DNA of 64,000 nt, from the IMG/VR virus record IMGVR_UViG_3300032053_000017, positions 41,973 through 105,972 of that record. One strand, 5' to 3'. Source of the DNA: a virus. The position numbers and the translations under genes were made by a program. Position 1 is the stretch's first letter; each line of letters begins with the position of its first letter. Positions 10,003 through 17,438 of this stretch are shown piece by piece. The notes under the pieces were generated by a model, which saw only the letters and a list, made by a program, of their open reading frames with translations, was not told where the DNA came from and searched no databases.

Positions 10003-10224
10003 ATGCCGATATATGAGTTTCGGTGCCCATATTGCGGGCACGAGTTCGACAAACTGGTGCCTTATGGAACCGACGAGGCCCCGTGTTCAAATATCGGGAT
10101 GATGGATAGTTACGGTAAACCGTGCGGGGCGTCGGCCAAGCGCGTGGAGGTGCCGTCCTCCCCGCCGGTGACTATTTTTAAGGCTGGCGGGTTCACCCGT
10201 TCAAGCAATAACGAGAAGCGGTAG
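10003..10224 (+). CDS. FmdB-family zinc-ribbon protein
   Basis: MPIYEFRCPYCGHEFD..C..CG..FKAGGF. Confidence 0.8.
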   Translation: MPIYEFRCPYCGHEFDKLVPYGTDEAPCSNIGMMDSYGKPCGASAKRVEVPSSPPVTIFKAGGFTRSSNNEKR

Positions 10225-11072
10225 TGGACTGTTCAACTTGTGGTCGCGTACGATCTAGTGGGCCTGAGGTGCAGATCATTAGAGCATGGGATGGGACTGT
10301 GACGGCGGTGTCTCGTAATCATGAGGCTACGGAAAACGTGGTGGCCTTGACATACGCACCGAATGGGTTTAGGGAACGTGCCCGACAGCTCTTGGTCTTG
10401 TACGCTGAGAAGCACCAGTGCAATGGCATGTTTGACGACAGGCCGTCAATACCGAGCCACTATGCTGCTCGTTGGGAGCCTCTTACCCACGCGGTGGGCC
10501 ATATCGTGCCGCAAGAGTTGGCAGACCAGCTTGCTGAGTTGACACAAGAGGCTATCGAGTGGTTTCATGATCCTGCCCATGTACTGTTGGGCGACCCGAC
10601 GGTGCGCGTGATCCCAGACGATGAGGTGCATACACGCATCATGGGGATGCAGTATGCCATGGATAAGGAAGTCATGCGGATCAATGGCGGTGGGCAGATC
10701 ATGTCGCTGGTGAATCCCGAGACCATGGAGGGTTACGACCAGTTCATAGAGTGGTACGAGTTGAGTCTTGCGCGTCGAATGACATCACCTAGCTACAGTC
10801 TTGAGGCGCTCGGTTTCTACGCGGAGACTGTGGAGCGCTACGACTTGACGAAGTTGCCATACGAGCAGCAGCGCGCTCTGGTGGAGCGGTGGGAGCGTGC
10901 TCACATCGACTATCTTGCCGCGCATCTAGATGTCGGATACGACGTGGACGGAGGCTATCTGCGTCAGCCATATCGGATCTTTGATCGTGAAGAACTGAAG
11001 CCGGCATCCTGGTCGGCGTACGATCCTTCACAGCAGTATACGCATTATTTCTATGACTACGATGGGAGGTAA
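10224..11072 (+). CDS. Hypothetical protein
   Basis: 282-aa coupled ORF. Confidence 0.6.
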   Translation: MDCSTCGRVRSSGPEVQIIRAWDGTVTAVSRNHEATENVVALTYAPNGFRERARQLLVLYAEKHQCNGMFDDRPSIPSHYAARWEPLTHAVGHIVPQELADQLAELTQEAIEWFHDPAHVLLGDPTVRVIPDDEVHTRIMGMQYAMDKEVMRINGGGQIMSLVNPETMEGYDQFIEWYELSLARRMTSPSYSLEALGFYAETVERYDLTKLPYEQQRALVERWERAHIDYLAAHLDVGYDVDGGYLRQPYRIFDREELKPASWSAYDPSQQYTHYFYDYDGR

Positions 11073-11074
11073 AA

Positions 11075-11731
11075 GTGCCACGAAGTGATGAACTCGACAG
11101 TTACATAGGGAGGACCGTTCGAGCGATCAGGTTCGACGGCGCGCGTATCGAGGGCGTGCTGGAGTCGGTATCCCATCAGGATGTGGACGATATACTGGTG
11201 ATCGGTCCAGATCCAATTCGGCTTGGGAAGCTTACGCAGCTGTTCGTTATCGATGACAGCAGCCCGCCAGACATCGGGTATCCTCAGATCTGGCCGGAGT
11301 CAGGTGGCACGCCTTTCATCGAGGACGTAGCTGAAGAGACCGACCAAGAGATCTACGACAAGGCCATCCAGCTCTTGGAGAGGTCTGTCATAGTGTCTAT
11401 CGGACAAGAGAAGCTGAGCGGGACGCTTGAGGCGGTGAGTCCGTCGACTGCATCTGAGGGCTCTGTGCTGTATCTAGGTCTTACTGAGGGCGGGCCTACT
11501 TTGCGCATCAACCTGGTTGGGGTTACAGACATCGAGGAGGATATAGGCCAGGGCGTGCCGCTGACGGTCACGGATTTGGAGTCGATGCTTCTCTCGGAGG
11601 ATACCCCTGCCGAGGATGATCTGGACATCGTGCTAGACCCCGAGGTTAAGGGGGCAGCGGAGGAGCCGCAGTATCCGGCCGACGCCACGGTCGATCCAGA
11701 GGACGGTGGACTGCTCGCTCCGCCGGCATAG
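11075..11731 (+). CDS. Acidic protein with two possible Sm/LSm-like repeats
   Basis: IGRTVRAIRFDGARIEGVLESVS and VIVSIGQEKLSGTLEAVS. Confidence 0.5.
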   Translation: MPRSDELDSYIGRTVRAIRFDGARIEGVLESVSHQDVDDILVIGPDPIRLGKLTQLFVIDDSSPPDIGYPQIWPESGGTPFIEDVAEETDQEIYDKAIQLLERSVIVSIGQEKLSGTLEAVSPSTASEGSVLYLGLTEGGPTLRINLVGVTDIEEDIGQGVPLTVTDLESMLLSEDTPAEDDLDIVLDPEVKGAAEEPQYPADATVDPEDGGLLAPPA

Positions 11732-11763
11732 GTTTCTAGACCGTAGGTTCTCTGATACGATAG
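11730..11763 (+). promoter_or_regulatory. Phage promoter motif copy 2 (AGGTTTC-N19-TACGAT-AG)
   Basis: Exact motif and spacing at a gene boundary. Confidence 0.75.
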
Positions 11764-11825
11764 CATAGAGAAACGTTTGGGACGGTTTTGACTGGTTTGC
11801 GTAGCGGGCACTGGGGGGTTCCCTG

Positions 11826-12272
11826 GTGGCTGGAAGGGACCGTCCTTTACGCGATATGGAGGGCGAGATGCCAGCACTAAGTTTGAGCAAGTGTTCACAG
11901 CTGCTTGAGGCAGCCAGTTTCGAGCCCCTGCCTGGACGTACGTCGGGCGAGTCGGTAACTGCCCTCTGTATGGCGGCCAGCATGCATAAGTCGGCGGTCG
12001 AGAACGGATTGACTGCTGAGGTTCTGCTTGAGCTACGGACCAGTCGTTTTCCCATGCTGACCAAGACGGTCGAGGGCGGCTTCAAGCACATGATCTCAGT
12101 TGACAGCGGTGCCGTCTATGCTGAGCTTTGGAGCAAGGGCGACAACTGGTACGCGGTCACGGATGCCGCGATCAACCTAGTCAAGGGGATCCGCAAGGGC
12201 ATGGATGCGCGAGATGCGGTGCCTCTGTTTCTGAAGGCCGTGTTCCCTCGAAAGCGTTGCTGCGGTGGATGA
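11826..12272 (+). CDS. Hypothetical protein
   Basis: ORF after the promoter. Confidence 0.55.
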   Translation: MAGRDRPLRDMEGEMPALSLSKCSQLLEAASFEPLPGRTSGESVTALCMAASMHKSAVENGLTAEVLLELRTSRFPMLTKTVEGGFKHMISVDSGAVYAELWSKGDNWYAVTDAAINLVKGIRKGMDARDAVPLFLKAVFPRKRCCGG

Positions 12273-12777
12273 GCCGGTAGTACTACTTAGCAGTGGGGTT
12301 GGCGTCTACGGTATAACGCAGGGCCTCTATCAGTCGAGCGAGCCCATGGTGGACGCAGACTGGGACAAACTGTGGGAGCTGGCAGACGTGATCGTTGGGC
12401 TTAACGCGGCGGTAGTCAGCGAGGTGCCGACCAACAAGATGTTGGTCAAGTGGCCTATCGAGGATGGTCCGCTGCCGAACCTTGAGGTACTGCGCGGGCT
12501 GGTGGAGCTGCTGGCCGAGCTGCTAGAGAACGAGAAGCGTATCGTGGTATTCTGCGGCGCGGGTGCAAATAGGTCGGGACTGATCACAGCATTGGTCGTC
12601 CGCCAGCTAACAGGTGAGACTGGGCGCAGGGCCGCAGATCATGTGCGGACACGTCGACCGGGAGCGCTTATAAGCGGGACATTCAATATGTACCTCAACG
12701 CCTTGCCCGACCTGGAGGAAGAACTGGTAGGGGCAGGGCCTGAGACGCCCCAAGAGGGCGAGATCGAGGGGATCTAA
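12265..12777 (+). CDS. Dual-specificity / tyrosine protein phosphatase
   Basis: WPIEDG general-acid loop and FCGAGANRSG CX5R P-loop. Confidence 0.85.
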   Translation: MDEPVVLLSSGVGVYGITQGLYQSSEPMVDADWDKLWELADVIVGLNAAVVSEVPTNKMLVKWPIEDGPLPNLEVLRGLVELLAELLENEKRIVVFCGAGANRSGLITALVVRQLTGETGRRAADHVRTRRPGALISGTFNMYLNALPDLEEELVGAGPETPQEGEIEGI

Positions 12778-12935
12778 GATGATCGAGCAGAAGTCGCTGA
12801 CTCCCGAGGATCTGAGTAAGCTTGAGGCCGCCAAGGTGGCTCGCGAGCAGGAGCAGGCGAAGCCACGCGGCTGGCCGCCTATCCAGGGTCCTGCCGAGCA
12901 GCAGACCGGCGATGAGCCGGCGAGGGGGTAGTACG

Positions 12936-13607
12936 ATGCCGTCAGATATGCAGAAGGCGGTCAACAAGGCGAAGGACGAGGTCGACGAGGTCGAAGAGAT
13001 TGACTTCGATACTCTGTGGGGGCCAAGCAAGCCCGGTGATGGTGAGATGAGCGACAACATCTTCACTGATGAGACCAAGGACCCCGACAAGAAGTACGCC
13101 AAGGTCTACAACGTCGGCGACATCGACGTGGAAGGCGACGTGCCGGGTGTGATAAAGAAGGGTCTCTCGGTGAACGTGGCCGATGCGATCCATGACCTTC
13201 AGGAGGCGGCCGCGACTCTAGCTGAGATCGGGGACGGGCTGGACAACGTAGGTAAGGCCGTGTCCTGCAAGGCCTGCGGTGGTAAGGTCTCGGAGGGACA
13301 GCGGAACCTCTACCGGAAAACGATGATGCGGCGCGGCTGGAAGCCGGAGGGACACAAGGCCTTCTGGTCGAAGATCTCTTCGGGCATGGACAAGGGTGGA
13401 CCGGGTGGGCACCGGGCGTGCGTCGCGCGTATGGAGGGAAAGACGGATGATCCCCACTCGTACTGCGCATGGGCTGAGAACGAGGCGACTGGGAACTGGC
13501 CGTCAGAGGACCAGACCCAGGTGCAGGCTGTACGAAAGGCCCGCACGCTTGGAAGCCGCCTGGCCAAGCAGGCCCGGGCGCTGAACAGCTACCTCAAGGG
13601 GCTCTAG
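12936..13607 (+). CDS. Probable head-internal protein with many [LIVM]xK sites
   Basis: MQKA, VNKA, IKKG, VGKA, MDKG and VRKA; CVARMEGKTDDPHSYC motif shared with ORF 42380. Confidence 0.5.
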   Translation: MPSDMQKAVNKAKDEVDEVEEIDFDTLWGPSKPGDGEMSDNIFTDETKDPDKKYAKVYNVGDIDVEGDVPGVIKKGLSVNVADAIHDLQEAAATLAEIGDGLDNVGKAVSCKACGGKVSEGQRNLYRKTMMRRGWKPEGHKAFWSKISSGMDKGGPGGHRACVARMEGKTDDPHSYCAWAENEATGNWPSEDQTQVQAVRKARTLGSRLAKQARALNSYLKGL

Positions 13608-13636
13608 TTGCCAACTGCGGTCGGTTGTGTTATAAT
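13608..13636 (+). promoter_or_regulatory. Sigma70-type promoter TTGCCA-N17-TATAAT with TG extension
   Basis: Near-consensus match upstream of the ncRNA/tRNA region. Confidence 0.8.
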
Positions 13637-13668
13637 GGACACAGACAGGGTATAGTACTACAGAGGAG

Positions 13669-13940
13669 GACGGGGTGTTCGACGAGTCCATAGAGACGGC
13701 CCAAGGATGGAAGGGCTTTTACCGAAGTTCAGGAATAAGCACGCCTACTGCTAATGTCCGACAGGCGTGGAGCTTCGGCTGGCTCGTTGACCCCCGTCGT
13801 GGGAAAAGCGGTGGCGCAGCGGTCGCGGAAACGACAGGCGGGTTGGCTGGGCGCAATCGGTCCAGGCGCCACCACATTTCAGAACTGAATAGCGATGACG
13901 GTACATAGCGTGCGGTAGAGCCTAGACGGTTTTACTGCGC
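13669..13940 (+). ncRNA. Unclassified ~270-nt structured RNA
   Basis: Long stems GACGGGG/CCCCGTC, TCGACGAGTC/GGCTCGTTGA, CCGAAGTTC/GAGCTTCGG, CACGCCT/AGGCGTG, GGTGGCGC/GCGCCACC and GCGGTAGAGCC/GGTTTTACTGC, between a promoter and a terminator. Confidence 0.6.
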
Positions 13941-13966
13941 GCCGTGTCCACCGACACGGCGTTTTT
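13940..13966 (+). terminator. Intrinsic terminator
   Basis: CGCCGTGTC-cacc-GACACGGCG-TTTTT. Confidence 0.85.
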
Positions 13967-14031
13967 GTTGTCTAGGGTTCAGGTCTCGGTGAAAGTACCG
14001 ATAATACAGACGAGAGTGTATGACACGGGTG

Positions 14032-14122
14032 CGGGCAGGCATGGTGTAAAGCGAAGCACGCCGAGTCGGGGATCCCAACGACGCGGAGGCTGCTGGGCAT
14101 ACGGGTCCAGGCTGCCGGCTCG
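14032..14122 (+). ncRNA. tRNA-like RNA (aberrant anticodon and T arms)
   Basis: CGGGCaGGCA/TGCCgGCTCG stem, D-arm GTGT..GCAC, extended central arm, CTGGGC/GTCCAG arm without TTCG. Confidence 0.5.
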
Positions 14123-14134
14123 ATATAACAACAC

Positions 14135-14222
14135 GGACGGTTGGCCGAGCGGACTATGGCGCCGCGGTGCTAACGCGGAGGTCCTTCGGGGCCCGGGAGT
14201 TCGAATCTCTCACCGTCCGCCA
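14135..14222 (+). tRNA. tRNA-Ser(GCT)
   Basis: Cloverleaf, long variable arm, CCA encoded. Confidence 0.92.
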
Positions 14223-14229
14223 ATTTTAA

Positions 14230-14328
14230 CGGGGAGTGGTGTAACAGGGCACACTGGTCTTTGTAGGGCCAGAGGAGATGGGTAAAACGTCTGGGGCAAC
14301 CCAGGGACCGGCCCATCCTTCCCCGCCA
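14230..14328 (+). ncRNA. tRNA-like RNA with expanded T-loop
   Basis: Acceptor stem with CCA, D-arm GTGT/GCAC, CTGGTC/GGCCAG arm, T-stem enclosing a CTGGG-gcaa-CCCAG hairpin. Confidence 0.6.
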
Positions 14329-14351
14329 TATAGGTGAGAGGAACGATCAAG

Positions 14352-14492
14352 ATGACAGGTCTGTGTGGCAGGTGTAATCATCCGGCCATCATGAAGATGA
14401 CGGACAGCAATGCTACGGTCAAGGTCTGCGCGTACCACTGGCACGTGTTGTCTGGGCAAGGCTGGAAGCAGGTTTACCCGAAGGGGCGGTAG
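14352..14492 (+). CDS. 46-aa CxxC..CxxH zinc-finger microprotein
   Basis: SD GAGAGG; MTGLCGRCNHPA..VCAYHW; the stop codon overlaps the 5' end of tRNA-Asp. Confidence 0.5.
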   Translation: MTGLCGRCNHPAIMKMTDSNATVKVCAYHWHVLSGQGWKQVYPKGR

Positions 14493-14557
14493 CTCAGCGG
14501 CAGAGCGCCCGGCTGTCGACCGGGAGGTCGCGGGTTCGATGCCCGTCCGCCCCGCCA
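14483..14557 (+). tRNA. tRNA-Asp(GTC)
   Basis: Cloverleaf, CCA. Confidence 0.93.
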
Positions 14558-14560
14558 TAC

Positions 14561-14650
14561 TGGGGAGTGGCCGAGTCTGGATTATGGCGACCGTCTCGAA
14601 AACGGTTGGTCCGAGAGGGCACGGGGGTTCGAATCCCTCCTCCCCAGCCA
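14561..14650 (+). tRNA. tRNA-Ser(CGA)
   Basis: Cloverleaf, long variable arm, CCA. Confidence 0.92.
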
Positions 14651-14660
14651 TATTAACAAT

Positions 14661-14737
14661 GCTGGAGTAGCTCAAGTGGGGAGAGCGGCTGTCTTGTAAA
14701 CAGCGGGTTGGGGGTTCGAGGCCCTCCTCCAGCTCCA
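14661..14737 (+). tRNA. tRNA-Thr(TGT)
   Basis: Cloverleaf, CCA. Confidence 0.93.
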
Positions 14738-14746
14738 TAATAGCGG

Positions 14747-14822
14747 TGCGGGGTAGAGCAATGGTTAGCTCGACGGCCTCATAAGCCGTAGATTGAGGGT
14801 TCGAATCCCTCCCCCGCTACCA
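14747..14822 (+). tRNA. tRNA-Met(CAT), initiator-like (1:72 mismatch)
   Basis: Cloverleaf, GAGC/GCTC D-stem, CCA. Confidence 0.9.
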
Positions 14823-14835
14823 AATAATAATCAGC

Positions 14836-14912
14836 GCCGAGGTAGCTCAGCATGGTAGAGCGCCTGGTTGAAGGCCAGGGCGTCAGCGGTTCAACTCCGT
14901 TCCTCGGCACCA
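14836..14912 (+). tRNA. tRNA-Phe(GAA)
   Basis: Cloverleaf, CCA. Confidence 0.93.
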
Positions 14913-14914
14913 CA

Positions 14915-14991
14915 CGCGGGGTAGAGCGTTGGTCGCTCGCCAGCTTCATACGCTGGAGGTAGTTGGGTTCGATTCCCTTCCCCCGCTACCA
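14915..14991 (+). tRNA. tRNA-Met(CAT), initiator-like, imperfect T-stem
   Basis: CGCGGGG 5' end, C1:T72 mismatch, CCA. Confidence 0.85.
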
Positions 14992-15061
14992 TGGGGTCGG
15001 TAGCTCAGTGGTCAGAGCGCGGTCGCACCGAGGACGCGGGTTCGAATCCCGCCCCTCCCCA
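14992..15061 (+). ncRNA. tRNA-like RNA with collapsed anticodon arm (possible tRNA-Cys derivative)
   Basis: Perfect D and T arms; anticodon arm only CGGTCGCACCG; mismatched acceptor stem. Confidence 0.7.
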
Positions 15062-15074
15062 TTTTAACAAGCAA

Positions 15075-15153
15075 GGGCCCGTAGCTCAGTTGGAATCAGA
15101 GCGCCGGTCTTCGAAACCGGGCGGCGGGGGTTCGAGTCCCTCCGGGCCCGCCA
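15075..15153 (+). tRNA. tRNA-Arg(TCG)
   Basis: Cloverleaf, CCA. Confidence 0.93.
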
Positions 15154-15171
15154 TTAAACATAGGTGAATCT

Positions 15172-15585
15172 GTGCATAGGAAAGGAAACCCGAATCATCC
15201 CGCAATGTGCCAGTGTCCTTGGCACGGTGGATGTCGAAAGCCAGCGACGTTGGCTAAGACGGGCGTTCATTTGCGGCGTGGTAACGGGCATCATCGCATC
15301 GATTGCCTATGTCCGTTTTGTATTCCGAAGTCTGGCGATAAGAGCCCTACGTGGAAAGGCGGACAAGGGAAGTTTCAGTGGGAATGTAATGGATGGAAGG
15401 CCGCACGGCGGGTGGTCTGGGCGCGGGATAAAGTGTGCCGTATATGCGGCGGGCCGCCTCGGAAGCGGCGGTTGGATGTTCATCATATCATCGCTCGACG
15501 CGATGGCGGGACTAACGATCCGAGCAATCTGATCGGGGTTCATCAGGGCCGATGTCACAAGTCGGTCGAGACGTACAAAAACTGA
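15172..15585 (+). CDS. HNH endonuclease within the tRNA array
   Basis: RDKVCRICG..LDVHHII..GGTNDPSNL..CH. Confidence 0.85.
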   Translation: MHRKGNPNHPAMCQCPWHGGCRKPATLAKTGVHLRRGNGHHRIDCLCPFCIPKSGDKSPTWKGGQGKFQWECNGWKAARRVVWARDKVCRICGGPPRKRRLDVHHIIARRDGGTNDPSNLIGVHQGRCHKSVETYKN

Positions 15586-15587
15586 AT

Positions 15588-15663
15588 AGGGGCGTAGCTC
15601 AATTGGAAGAGTGCCTGTTTTACAAGCAGGAAGTTGGGGGTTCGATTCCCTCCGCCCTTACCA
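15588..15663 (+). tRNA. tRNA-Val(TAC)
   Basis: Cloverleaf, CCA. Confidence 0.92.
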
Positions 15664-15671
15664 GATATCGC

Positions 15672-15734
15672 AGGGGCTGGCAAGTCCTGGCTCTCACCAG
15701 GCACCGGGTGCCTACGTATAAGGCGTCAGCCCCT
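15672..15734 (+). ncRNA. Three-way-junction structured RNA
   Basis: AGGGGCTGG/TCAGCCCCT enclosing CCTGG/CCAGG and TGCCT/AGGCG hairpins. Confidence 0.4.
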
Positions 15735-15810
15735 ATCATGGGACATTTCGGTGGACATTTTGTCTGTCGAGTAGGTTCGAATCAGATAGGGACACAACAC
15801 GGGACATTAT

Positions 15811-15885
15811 GGGCTGGTAGCTTAATGGGAGAGCGGGTGCCCTGCAAGCATTCAGATGTCGGTTCGAGTCCGACCCGGTCCACCA
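15811..15885 (+). tRNA. tRNA-Ala(TGC)
   Basis: G3:U70, CCA; C33. Confidence 0.92.
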
Positions 15886-15898
15886 CCTTAACAAATGT

Positions 15899-15975
15899 GG
15901 CTCTCTAGCCCAACTGGTAGAGGCATCTGCCTTAGAAGCAGATCAGTCAGAGTTCGAATCTCTGGGGAGCCACCA
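15899..15975 (+). tRNA. tRNA-Leu(TAG), short variable loop
   Basis: Leu-type D-arm, A73, CCA. Confidence 0.9.
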
Positions 15976-15978
15976 TAA

Positions 15979-16054
15979 GCGACGGTAACTCAATTGGTAG
16001 AGTGTCTGCCCTCCAAGCAGGTCGTTGCGGGTTCGAGTCCCGCTCGTCGCTCCA
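15979..16054 (+). tRNA. tRNA-Gly(TCC)
   Basis: U73, CCA; C33. Confidence 0.92.
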
Positions 16055-16056
16055 AC

Positions 16057-16131
16057 GCGGGGGTAGCTCAGCGGCAGAGCGCCTGCTTGCCATGCAGGAG
16101 GTCGTGGGTTCGAGCCCCATTCCCCGCTCCA
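16057..16131 (+). tRNA. tRNA-Gly(GCC)
   Basis: Cloverleaf, U73, CCA. Confidence 0.93.
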
Positions 16132-16132
16132 G

Positions 16133-16207
16133 AGGCGGGTAGCTCAGGGGTAGAGCAACGGCCTTATAAGCCGTACGTCGAAGGTCCGATTCCTTCCCCG
16201 CCCACCA
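16133..16207 (+). tRNA. tRNA-Ile(TAT)
   Basis: ACGGC-CTTATAA-GCCGT anticodon arm, CCA. Confidence 0.88.
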
Positions 16208-16208
16208 T

Positions 16209-16284
16209 GGGCCGGTAGCTCAGAGGATAGAGCGGCAGTTTCCTAAACTGCGCGGCGCGGGTTCGAGTCCCGCTCGGCCTTCCA
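16209..16284 (+). tRNA. tRNA-Arg(CCT)
   Basis: Cloverleaf, CCA. Confidence 0.92.
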
Positions 16285-16285
16285 T

Positions 16286-16361
16286 AGACGGGTAGCTCAA
16301 CAGGCAGAGCAGGAGTCTGATACGCCCCAGGTTGGAGGTTCGAGTCCTCCCCCGTCTACCA
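16286..16361 (+). tRNA. tRNA-Ile(GAT)
   Basis: Cloverleaf, CCA. Confidence 0.9.
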
Positions 16362-16362
16362 C

Positions 16363-16437
16363 ACCAGGGTGGCGCAACGGTAGCGCGGCTCCCTGTTAAG
16401 GAGACGGTTGCAGGTCCGAATCCTGCCCCTGGTGCCA
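16363..16437 (+). tRNA. tRNA-Asn(GTT)
   Basis: Cloverleaf, G73, CCA. Confidence 0.9.
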
Positions 16438-16438
16438 T

Positions 16439-16512
16439 GGCCCACTCGTTTAACGGCAGGACATCTCCCCCTCAAGGAGAAGACGTCGGTTCGACCCCGG
16501 CGTGGGCTACCA
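16439..16512 (+). tRNA. tRNA-Glu(CTC)
   Basis: Cloverleaf, CCA; C33. Confidence 0.88.
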
Positions 16513-16568
16513 TTCCTTAATAAATAACGGTCATAACTGTAAGAATAGTCGGCCATAGCTTTACAATC

Positions 16569-16644
16569 GGCGGCGTAGCCCAATTGGCAGAGGTACCGGG
16601 TCCAAACCCCGGGGATCAGAGTTCGAATCTCTGCGTCGCCACCA
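16569..16644 (+). tRNA. tRNA-Leu(CAA), short variable loop
   Basis: CCGGG-TCCAAAC-CCCGG, Leu-type D-arm; C33. Confidence 0.85.
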
Positions 16645-16646
16645 AT

Positions 16647-16722
16647 GGGAGTGTAGCTCAACGGCTAGAGCAGCTGCCTTTTAAGCAGAGGGATGGGGGT
16701 TCGAGTCCCTTCGCTCCCACCA
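16647..16722 (+). tRNA. tRNA-Lys(TTT)
   Basis: Cloverleaf, CCA. Confidence 0.92.
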
Positions 16723-16729
16723 TAATGAT

Positions 16730-16805
16730 ACGGACGTAGCTCAGAGGCCAGAGCGGTTGTCTCCAAAACAACTGGTCGGAGGTTCGACTCCTCTCGTCCG
16801 TGCCA
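16730..16805 (+). tRNA. tRNA-Trp(CCA)
   Basis: Cloverleaf, G73, CCA. Confidence 0.92.
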
Positions 16806-16806
16806 A

Positions 16807-16884
16807 GGGGGCGTAGCTCAGTTTGGTTAGAGCGGCGGACTCTTAATCCGCGCGGCGGGGGTTCGAATCCCTCCGCCCCTACCA
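16807..16884 (+). tRNA. tRNA-Lys(CTT)
   Basis: Cloverleaf, CCA. Confidence 0.93.
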
Positions 16885-16886
16885 TA

Positions 16887-16963
16887 TCAGCGCGGTAGTG
16901 TAAGTGGCAGCACGAGAGGTTGTGGCCCTCTTAGAGTGGGTTCGAATCCCACCCCGCTGACCA
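16887..16963 (+). tRNA. tRNA-His(GTG), atypical acceptor stem
   Basis: AGAGG-TTGTGGC-CCTCT; A73; bulged acceptor stem. Confidence 0.82.
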
Positions 16964-16982
16964 TCATTCAGGTATTCTATAC

Positions 16983-17056
16983 TCGGGGGTAGGCTAGCGG
17001 TAGACCGCCTGACTCTGGATCAGGAAAGAGAGGTTCGAATCCTCTTCCCCGAGCCA
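16983..17056 (+). tRNA. tRNA-Gln(CTG)
   Basis: T1-A72, cloverleaf, CCA. Confidence 0.9.
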
Positions 17057-17066
17057 AGGAGATGAT

Positions 17067-17438
17067 ATGTGCGATGGTTGCGTATTCCATAACGGGCGCA
17101 GAGACCACAAGCCGGGGTGTCGATGTCCCTGGCATAGTGGGCATTCCGAACGCGCATTGAAGAATAATCCGCGGCATGCCCGTCCGCTCGCGGAGTTACT
17201 TGTGGAGAACGGCCAGGCGGGTAAGGCTCAGCGCATAAAGGCTAGGCTTCTCAAGGAGGGGCTTATCAAGGACCGCTGTGAGATATGTGGACTTGGGCCG
17301 GAGTGGCAGGGTCAGCAACTGGTGCTGCCGTTGGATCATCGCAATGGCAATAGGCGGGACTGGCGATTGGAGAATCTTCGGGTCCTCTGTCCCAACTGTC
17401 ATACGCAGACGGCTACATTTTCTGGGCGTAAACTATGA
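17067..17438 (+). CDS. HNH endonuclease 2 within the tRNA array
   Basis: RCEICG..LDHRNGNRRDWRLENLRVLCPNCHTQT. Confidence 0.9.
   Translation: MCDGCVFHNGRRDHKPGCRCPWHSGHSERALKNNPRHARPLAELLVENGQAGKAQRIKARLLKEGLIKDRCEICGLGPEWQGQQLVLPLDHRNGNRRDWRLENLRVLCPNCHTQTATFSGRKL

Noticed and set aside
13669-13940. tmRNA, RNase P, SRP or 6S identity for the structured RNA
   Set aside because: There is no tRNA-Ala-like acceptor/T arm with a short terminated tag ORF, no GAGGAAAGUCC P4 motif and no SRP domain IV motif. The rod is branched and short for 6S.
16522-16545. ATAACGGTCATAA resembling the 23S rRNA / I-CeuI site
   Set aside because: It is a short partial match in an AT-rich spacer with no rRNA context.
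14226-16885. ORF-track ORFs overlapping the tRNA genes
   Set aside because: They are translations of tRNA sequence. Only the HNH ORF and the small Zn-finger ORF were retained.
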